Shown: positions 25,965 through 32,000 of the stretch, in pieces | How positions within the stretch are numbered: position 1 is the stretch's first letter | Layout of the letters: every line of letters begins with the position of its first letter | DNA from: Synechococcus elongatus PCC 6301 | GTDB lineage: Bacteria > Cyanobacteriota > Cyanobacteriia > Synechococcales > Synechococcaceae | Direction of reading: 5' to 3' | DNA: 32,000 bases | NCBI RefSeq assembly: GCF_000010065.1 | Contig: NC_006576.1 | Location: forward strand, 2,040,001 to 2,072,000 | Made by a program: the position numbers and the translations under genes | The notes under the pieces: model-generated | Told to the model about the DNA's origin: nothing | Databases searched by the model: none | Seen by the model: only the letters and a program-made list of their open reading frames with translations

Positions 25965-28349
25965 TCAACCGAGGGGTTCAATCGGTGCTAGGCGTGGATC
26001 GAGGATGCGCTGACCTGTCGCGCCGCTGAACTGGACCACAATCGATTGGCGATCGCCCGCACCGAAAATTCGGGTGATGCGTCCAACGCCAAACTGACGA
26101 TGCTGAAGGCGATCGCCGACTTGCCAATGGCGGGCCGGTTGCTGAACTTGTTGCACTTTGGCTGCATTCGCGGCCACGCGATCGCGCAGGCTGGCGCGGC
26201 GCTCATGGGTAACCGGTGGCTTGAAGTTTGCTTGGGTCTGACGACGGGTCTGTGGTGAGTGACCCACGATCAGTTCTGCCGGTAGTTCACTCAGGAAATT
26301 GGAGGAAATGGCGGGCTCTCGACCTCCACCCCACAGACGACGAGCACTGGCATGGGTCAAGAACAGTCGCTCTTGGGCGCGTGTGATGCCGACGTAGCAG
26401 AGGCGTCGTTCTTCTTCAACGGCGCGCGGATCGTCGAGCGATCGGAAACTGGGGAAGAGGCCCTGTTCTAGTCCAACTAGAAAAACAACCGGAAACTCAA
26501 GGCCTTTTGAAGCATGCAAAGTCATTAATGAGACTTGCTGGTTCGCTTCTTTGTTATCTGCATCTGAGGCTAGTGAAGCTGTTCCCAAAAAGCCAATCAG
26601 GCTAGGGTCATCATTCTCCTCCTCATGTTGAACAGCTGCATTCACCAACTCTTCCAAGTTCCGACGACGGTCCTCGTCTTCACCAGTGCCGCTGCGTTGT
26701 AATTCAGCAATATAACCAGATGCTTCTAAGAGCTGGCGAATCAATTCGGAGGGGCGTAATTCATCTGCTTGATCTTGAAAATGCTGAACTAAATTAGCAA
26801 ACTCTAGGATGCCTTTCGCCGATCGCCCCGCCAGGTTTTGCACCGTTTCGGAATCACTCAGGATTTCCCAAAGGGGTACATTTAGCTCTTGCGCAGCATC
26901 AACCAATCGGCCAATCGTGGTTTTGCCCACGCCGCGTTTAGGAACGTTCACCACCCGTAGTAAGCTAACCGCATCGAAGGGATTGGCGATCGCCCGCAGA
27001 TAGGCCAAGATATCTTTGACTTCGCGGCGATCATAGAACCGCAAGCCACCAATGACGGTGTAGGGAACATTCCAGCGAACGAGAGAATCTTCAAAGGCTC
27101 GCGGTTGAGCGTTAGTGCGGTAGAGAATTGCAAAATCGCCCCAATTCAACTCAGGATGCTGTTGCTCAAGCTGGCGAATTTGTTGAACAACATACTCCGC
27201 TTCGGCCATTTCATCGTCAGCCCGATAGCAGGCGATCGCTTCGCCACTACCTCGGGTGGGGCGCAAAACCTTATCGATGCGCTCAGTGTTGTTACGAATT
27301 AGCTCATTGGCAGCCTGAAGAATGTTTTCAGTCGAACGATAATTTTCTTCCAGCTTGACCATCGTGCGAGTGTCATCATCCGGCAGACGATCGCCAAAAT
27401 CATCCTGAAAGCCCATCAGAATGGTGAAGTCTGCGGCTCGGAAAGAATAGATTGACTGATCAGCATCGCCTACGACAAAGACTGAGCGATGATTCCACGG
27501 ATCAAAATCTCGCGTTTCAGCACCATTCGTTGTCAGCAGCCGAATCAAATCGTACTGAGTGCGGTTTGTATCCTGATACTCATCAACCAAAACATGGCGA
27601 AAGCGCTGATGCCAATAGGCCAAAACCTGTTCGTTTTGCCGGAAGAGTTGCACTGGAATCAGCAACAAGTCATCGAAATCAAGAGCATTATTTGCCGCTA
27701 GTTGATCTAAATAACGCCGATAGACCTCACCGATCACGCGGCCCCGATAGTTCGGCTGCTGGCGCTCAAATTCATCGGGTGACCAACCATTGTTCTTAGC
27801 CGAGCTGATTGTGTAGCGAACAGATTTTGGCTCAAACTTCTTGGTATCTAAATTGAGCTGATTGCCAACAATCTCTTTGATTAAGCCTTGGACATCATTT
27901 TCATCAAAGATGGAGAACTGCTTTGTCCAACGGCGGCCATTGGGATCGCAATACTTGTCGATATCAAAGCGAAGAATCCGTGCACAAATTGCGTGGAAAG
28001 TGCCAATCCACAAATCCTTGGTAACTTCGCGATAGACACGCGATCGCAGTTGAGTTTTTTCTATTTCTCGCAGTGTCGTGAAGGGCTGGCCGTACTGCAA
28101 CTCCGCCAGTTGCTGAGCAAATAAGCGCTCCAGCCGCTCCTTCATTTCCTTCGCCGCTTTATTGGTGAAGGTCACCGCCAAAATGTTTTCTGGACCGACC
28201 CGATGCTGTCGCAGCAGATGGGCAATCCGAAAGGTGAGTGCCCGCGTTTTGCCAGAACCAGCACCAGCAACCACCAACAGCGGCCCGCTGTAGTGTTCGA
28301 CGGCTCGACGTTGGGAGGTATTGAGCTGGCTTAGAAAGTCGCTGGACAT
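25965..28349 (-). CDS. pcrA: ATP-dependent DNA helicase PcrA/UvrD family
   Basis: LNTSQRRAVEHYSGPLLVVAGAGSGKTRALTFRIAHLL, VDEYQDTNRTQYDLIRLL, GDADQSIYSFRAADF, LMTLHASKGLEFPVVFLVGLEQGLFP, EERRLCYVGITRAQERLFLTHA. Confidence 0.96.
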   Translation of the reverse strand: MSSDFLSQLNTSQRRAVEHYSGPLLVVAGAGSGKTRALTFRIAHLLRQHRVGPENILAVTFTNKAAKEMKERLERLFAQQLAELQYGQPFTTLREIEKTQLRSRVYREVTKDLWIGTFHAICARILRFDIDKYCDPNGRRWTKQFSIFDENDVQGLIKEIVGNQLNLDTKKFEPKSVRYTISSAKNNGWSPDEFERQQPNYRGRVIGEVYRRYLDQLAANNALDFDDLLLIPVQLFRQNEQVLAYWHQRFRHVLVDEYQDTNRTQYDLIRLLTTNGAETRDFDPWNHRSVFVVGDADQSIYSFRAADFTILMGFQDDFGDRLPDDDTRTMVKLEENYRSTENILQAANELIRNNTERIDKVLRPTRGSGEAIACYRADDEMAEAEYVVQQIRQLEQQHPELNWGDFAILYRTNAQPRAFEDSLVRWNVPYTVIGGLRFYDRREVKDILAYLRAIANPFDAVSLLRVVNVPKRGVGKTTIGRLVDAAQELNVPLWEILSDSETVQNLAGRSAKGILEFANLVQHFQDQADELRPSELIRQLLEASGYIAELQRSGTGEDEDRRRNLEELVNAAVQHEEENDDPSLIGFLGTASLASDADNKEANQQVSLMTLHASKGLEFPVVFLVGLEQGLFPSFRSLDDPRAVEEERRLCYVGITRAQERLFLTHASARRLWGGGREPAISSNFLSELPAELIVGHSPQTRRQTQANFKPPVTHERRASLRDRVAANAAKVQQVQQPARHWQVGDRLQHRQFGVGRITRIFGAGDRQSIVVQFSGATGQRILDPRLAPIEPLG

Positions 28350-28449
28350 TGCGATCGCAAACAGGGCTGCTCCTCAGCCTATCGTCTCTGGTTATCGCTC
28401 CGCTCTGAATCACCGCCCGTAAGGGCTGGGCGATCGCCCTCGATCTCCC

Positions 28450-28465
28450 TGTGATCAAAATCACA
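28450..28465. promoter_or_regulatory. CRP-like palindrome TGTGA-TCAAAA-TCACA
   Basis: Read directly; perfect match to the canonical CRP/SyCRP1-type TGTGA-N6-TCACA, 97 bp 5' of the 28562 ORF. Confidence 0.6.
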
Positions 28466-28561
28466 ACGGTGGCGGACCAGGGTCACAGCGATCGCGCAAT
28501 GCAGCAACGAGAGTAAGCACAACCGCCGCTGAGGCGACCTGCTCTCTTTTCCCAAACGGCC

Positions 28562-29014
28562 ATGATTTTCTCCTTGCACAAACTGGGTTCTGCGATCGCT
28601 CCCGTTACTGCGATCGCGATCGGTCTCACGGGGCTCACGCTGCCTGCTCAGGCCTATCCGGCTTGGACTACACAAGATGATTACGAATTTGTCCGCAGCT
28701 TCACTGCCTCTTTTCAGGCCCAGATGGGCTACGCCCCCAGCGACAGCTTGGTGGCCTGGAGCTTGAATTGCGTCAAAACCAACTACACCCAATCGGTTGT
28801 GAGCGGGATCAATCCCAGTACAGCGGTGAATACAGCGATCGCGAACTGTGGTCGCGCCCTGCAGACGGTAGTCGGTAATGGCAATGGCGGTACAGGTCGG
28901 GGCAGCACGATTTACAACTCCTCTGGTGATTCCAGTCTTTCCAGCGATTCCAACGGTTGCCTCTATTTCTCATCGGGATCTTTTTCGAATTCCACCTCCT
29001 ATTCGACCTGCTGA
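28562..29014 (+). CDS. Putative secreted protein, tandem paralogue 1
   Basis: Signal-peptide-like N-terminus (...AIAPVTAIAIGLTGLTLPAQA), then FVRSFTASFQAQMGYAPSDSLVAWSLNCVKT...NTAIANCGRAL and a Gly/Ser/Thr-rich tail. Confidence 0.78.
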   Translation: MIFSLHKLGSAIAPVTAIAIGLTGLTLPAQAYPAWTTQDDYEFVRSFTASFQAQMGYAPSDSLVAWSLNCVKTNYTQSVVSGINPSTAVNTAIANCGRALQTVVGNGNGGTGRGSTIYNSSGDSSLSSDSNGCLYFSSGSFSNSTSYSTC

Positions 29015-29080
29015 TCAATTGAGAGAGGCCGCTCTCATCTGAGGCGGTCAAAGCGGCTCTAGCAGTCCTGATTAACCGAG

Positions 29081-29096
29081 CGTGATCAACATCACA
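29081..29096. promoter_or_regulatory. CRP-like palindrome CGTGA-TCAACA-TCACA
   Basis: Read directly; aligned without gaps to the copy at 28450, 77 bp 5' of the 29173 ORF. Confidence 0.5.
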
Positions 29097-29172
29097 ACGG
29101 CGACTGATCTGGCTCACGGCGATCGCAGTACCGACGCCCGACAGTAGGGTCAGTCGCCCGGAAGTCCCCCTG

Positions 29173-29544
29173 ATGAAAGCCTCTGCAACTTCTGACTCGC
29201 GCCTCACTTACTGGCTCAGCCAAGCCGCTGCGATCGCTCTGACAACGACTTTTAGCGTGCTGAATAGTGCTGCGATCGCGTCGGCTTCAACCCCTTGGAC
29301 AGTGCAACAAGCCCAGGCTTTTGCAACTGACTACACGGCCGCCTTTCAAGCTAGCCAAGGTTATCGCCCTAGCACTCAATTGGTAAAAGACACGCTTGCC
29401 TGTATGCAGCGGGCCTACGACTGGCAAGTGCAGCAGGGGCGGAGCAGCAATGAAGCCTTGGACTATGCCACCCAGCAATGTCATCGCTATCTGCGCTATC
29501 TCGGCACGGATTTTGCGGGCGACAGCGATCGCGCTGCCGACTAG
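29173..29544 (+). CDS. Putative secreted protein, tandem paralogue 2
   Basis: Signal-peptide-like N-terminus, then FATDYTAAFQASQGYRPSTQLVKDTLACMQRAYD...EALDYATQQCHRYL, aligning with the core of the 28562 product. Confidence 0.75.
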   Translation: MKASATSDSRLTYWLSQAAAIALTTTFSVLNSAAIASASTPWTVQQAQAFATDYTAAFQASQGYRPSTQLVKDTLACMQRAYDWQVQQGRSSNEALDYATQQCHRYLRYLGTDFAGDSDRAAD

Positions 29545-29660
29545 GTGCTGAAGATCCAATCCCAGCGATCGTCTCAGCCGCCTTGCGCATTCACTAGGAC
29601 TTTAATGAGTCCAGTACCGTTCTCTACACTGAACGCAATCCTTGAGTTCTGGCAACAACG

Positions 29661-30041
29661 ATGGGTGTAGCACTTTTCATCGTTCTCGATCGCGACCTAC
29701 CCACGGGCGACACTGCCATGGACGGCAAAGCTCTCGCTCGCCATGCCGATCGCCTTGCAGAACTGGCGCAACAAGCTGGCGTTCCTGACCTGATGAGCTT
29801 CTGCAGTTTAGATGAGAACGATGGCTTGTTTGAGGACTTTGGGATCGAGCCAGAACCTACGGTTTGGCATCCTGCCTCAGCGGGTCTGACCACGATTCGT
29901 GTTCTCCTCGCTGCGATCGCTGCTGCTGGTCTAGACCCCGAACAAGCACAGTGGGTCCAAGAGGATTTGCAAGTCGCGCAAACCATTCTGGAGCAAGCCG
30001 AACAACTCGGGATCCAATGGCATTTAGCGGTTGATTTTTAA
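29661..30041 (+). CDS. Conserved-looking hypothetical protein
   Basis: 126-aa ORF starting MGVALFIVLDRDLP... with coherent acidic composition. Its stop overlaps the convergent Rieske gene stop. Confidence 0.65.
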   Translation: MGVALFIVLDRDLPTGDTAMDGKALARHADRLAELAQQAGVPDLMSFCSLDENDGLFEDFGIEPEPTVWHPASAGLTTIRVLLAAIAAAGLDPEQAQWVQEDLQVAQTILEQAEQLGIQWHLAVDF

Positions 30042-31423
30042 GCTTTTTGGTTACGGCGTACCTGGCGAGGACCCTGTTCAAAACGCCGTTGTAACTGTTT
30101 CAAGCCCCAAGCGATCGCAGCAGCACTCAAGCCTAGAACTGCAAGCAAGATGACCGTAGTCGCTGAAACACCAGCCACTGCAAGGATTGGGGCCAATGTC
30201 CAACTAAGAGCCGCGATCGCGATCGCTACGGTTTGTCCTTGCTTCGAGCGTCGCCAAGCGGCGGCACAACTGCGACAGTGCAGCGTATGACTCTGATAGC
30301 GCTCTAACAGCTCGGGAATGGAACGACTCGCCGGGAGCGGTTCATTGGGGAAAGGAACACCGGCATAGCGATCGACCCAGCGATGCAACGCCAGCACAAA
30401 GCGATCGGCGGAGGTCGGCAAATAACACTGACGGCTGTAGGTGGCACTGCCGCCCTGCTGCTGAATCCGTCGTTCTTGGTGATGCAAAAAGATTTGGTCT
30501 TCTTCCAGCACGGTGTTTTGCCCCAGATGCTGAAACCAAGTTGGGGCGATCCGCAGGAAAAAGCGCGGGATGGCGGACTTAAAGCGAAAGGGGAAGCGCG
30601 CAAAAATCCGACATTCGCCAGCGCGAATCGGCGTGGCGTAGACCACGGTCATGGCTCGCCCGAGACTGTCAGCTTCAAGGTCGTGCCACATCAAGCTCGG
30701 CGCAATAAAGGTCGTGGATTGGGTGCCCAGTTTGCCGCGCCGTGGCCCCTCAGGCCAAACACCCTGAAAGCCTTGGCGATCGCTCTCCACAATCTTCAGA
30801 TCAGTCATTGGCCCCGCGTTGGCGCGATTCCCCACCGACCCGTGGTGAGTGAAGGGCAGGTGGCTGGGATCGAGCACGTTTTCCAGCAGCGTTAGGGCGT
30901 CGTAGGGTAAATCCCGAAAGGTATCGATGCAAACCCAGTCCGCATCCGTCCCCCACGGTTCAACCAAAGGTAAGGGCACGCGATCGGCTCGCTCCGGCGT
31001 CCCAGCGTAAACAAACAACAGCCCTTGTGCAGTCGCCGTCGGGAGCGTTTTGGCGCAGGCGCGATCGCTGGTGTGGGCTTGCCCTGTGGTGGCTTGTTGG
31101 GGGATAACCGCGCAATCCCCCGTCCCTGTAAAAGCCCAGCCGTGATACGGACATTCCAGCCGTCCCTCGGCATCCAAGCGACCCTCCGACAGGCGCACTT
31201 GGCGATGGGGACAGGCATCCTCAAAAGCCCGCCATTGTTCAGCACTACGATCCCACCAAATCACCAGATCGCGACCCAGCAGGGTGAAAGCGTTCGGGCG
31301 ATCGCGATTGAGATCCCGCAGGTAGTGAACGGGATACCAAACCTCAGCCCAATCAAAGCGATCGCTGGCAGGCCCACCGGCGGGTAAAACCTGAGCATCG
31401 GCTAAAAGCACGTCAGCAGTCAT
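30038..31423 (-). CDS. Rieske 2Fe-2S oxygenase of the pheophorbide a oxygenase (PaO) / Tic55 type
   Basis: Rieske motif CPHRQVRLSEGRLDAEGRLECPYHGWAF, non-haem iron motif LENVLDPSHLPFTHHG, C-terminal HCRSC and two TM helices. Confidence 0.9.
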   Translation of the reverse strand: MTADVLLADAQVLPAGGPASDRFDWAEVWYPVHYLRDLNRDRPNAFTLLGRDLVIWWDRSAEQWRAFEDACPHRQVRLSEGRLDAEGRLECPYHGWAFTGTGDCAVIPQQATTGQAHTSDRACAKTLPTATAQGLLFVYAGTPERADRVPLPLVEPWGTDADWVCIDTFRDLPYDALTLLENVLDPSHLPFTHHGSVGNRANAGPMTDLKIVESDRQGFQGVWPEGPRRGKLGTQSTTFIAPSLMWHDLEADSLGRAMTVVYATPIRAGECRIFARFPFRFKSAIPRFFLRIAPTWFQHLGQNTVLEEDQIFLHHQERRIQQQGGSATYSRQCYLPTSADRFVLALHRWVDRYAGVPFPNEPLPASRSIPELLERYQSHTLHCRSCAAAWRRSKQGQTVAIAIAALSWTLAPILAVAGVSATTVILLAVLGLSAAAIAWGLKQLQRRFEQGPRQVRRNQKA

Positions 31424-31504
31424 GGCGATCGCAGATCCGCTTGTTGTTAAGACTTGTAACGAATCCTAACAACTCAGTAGTAGCGATCGCTTGCCTGGAC
31501 TCTG

Positions 31505-31993
31505 CTAGTTGCAGCCAAACACCGTCAGACTGTAATCGCTGCCGATCGCGCGTTCACCCCCCACAACCACATTGACCTGATAGGGCGCTTCGTAGGGGCG
31601 GCTAAACAGTTGGATATCAAAGGGCACACCTTGGGGCAGCTCAATTGACTGGTCAAATAACTTGTCGGTGTTGCTGTCGTTGTACTTGAGATAGGCGCGA
31701 ATCGTATATAGCTCTTGCCCCGCTGAGTCCCGAGTGCCAGACCCGACGGTTTTCGAGGTCAAGCTGACCAAAAATTGGCTGTAGCGACTTTCCGGCGGGA
31801 CAAAAAAGTCAGTGTTCCAGTTGTCACGTACAAAGAAGACGGTATTGGGCGAAACGCGCTTGCTGACCACCGACCCTTCGCTACCCACAGCTTTGAGAGG
31901 CACACATTGGGGTGCTGTTTGGGCGGTCGCCTGTGATGACCAGCCCAGAGACAGCACGCCAGCAAAAAGGGCAAGGCGAGAGAACAAAGCCAT
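31505..31993 (-). CDS. Putative secreted protein, hypothetical
   Basis: Signal-peptide-like N-terminus (MALFSRLALFAGVLSLGWSSQATAQTAPQC), single C-terminal Cys (VFGCN), 162 aa. Confidence 0.65.
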   Translation of the reverse strand: MALFSRLALFAGVLSLGWSSQATAQTAPQCVPLKAVGSEGSVVSKRVSPNTVFFVRDNWNTDFFVPPESRYSQFLVSLTSKTVGSGTRDSAGQELYTIRAYLKYNDSNTDKLFDQSIELPQGVPFDIQLFSRPYEAPYQVNVVVGGERAIGSDYSLTVFGCN

Positions 31994-32000
31994 AGCCAGA

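Noticed and set aside
28379-28792. 137-aa minus-strand ORF over the upstream region of the first secreted paralogue
   Set aside because: Overlaps the CRP-like site and the signal-peptide gene antisense. Composition is Arg/Ser-rich as expected for a shadow ORF.
1-32000. CRISPR arrays, tRNA/rRNA genes, toxin-antitoxin or defence systems
   Set aside because: None recognised. The frequent GCGATCGC copies are dispersed HIP1 sites without regular spacing, and no defence-type gene cluster is present.

Overview
This is a cyanobacterial chromosomal window. The HIP1 octamer GCGATCGC is very frequent and the gene content matches Synechococcus elongatus (idiA / idiB / idiC / dpsA neighbourhood); the species call is an inference from gene content. 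It looks like dense core genome. I see no rRNA, tRNA, CRISPR array, prophage or insertion element.

Main blocks:
1. proB at the left edge.
2. A possible second-messenger cluster: FecR-domain lipoprotein, CHASE2-adenylate/guanylate cyclase, DUF3307-like membrane protein and GAF/HD-GYP protein, with a convergent sensor-GGDEF gene.
3. Housekeeping and transport genes: TauE/SafE, msrB, menF, antiporter-UspA, glutamine amidotransferase, rnhA, M50-CBS protease, bcp/PrxQ, lipid kinase and an ABC permease.
4. An iron/oxidative-stress block: FAD oxidase, idiA, idiB, idiC, dpsA and a Fur-family regulator.
5. A PcrA/UvrD helicase, then two small tandem secreted paralogues.
6. A pheophorbide-a-oxygenase-like Rieske protein.

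The most notable unexplained signals are:
- Two tandem secreted Cys-containing paralogues, each preceded by the same 45-bp element (37/45 identical) starting with a CRP-like palindrome.
- An apparent 1-nt frameshift, abutting a HIP1 octamer, near the 3' end of the CHASE2 cyclase gene.
- A ~130-aa insertion inside the HD-GYP domain.
- Palindromes upstream of idiA, upstream of dpsA and at the 3' end of the Fur-family gene.

No clearly new multi-gene system can be demonstrated from sequence alone.
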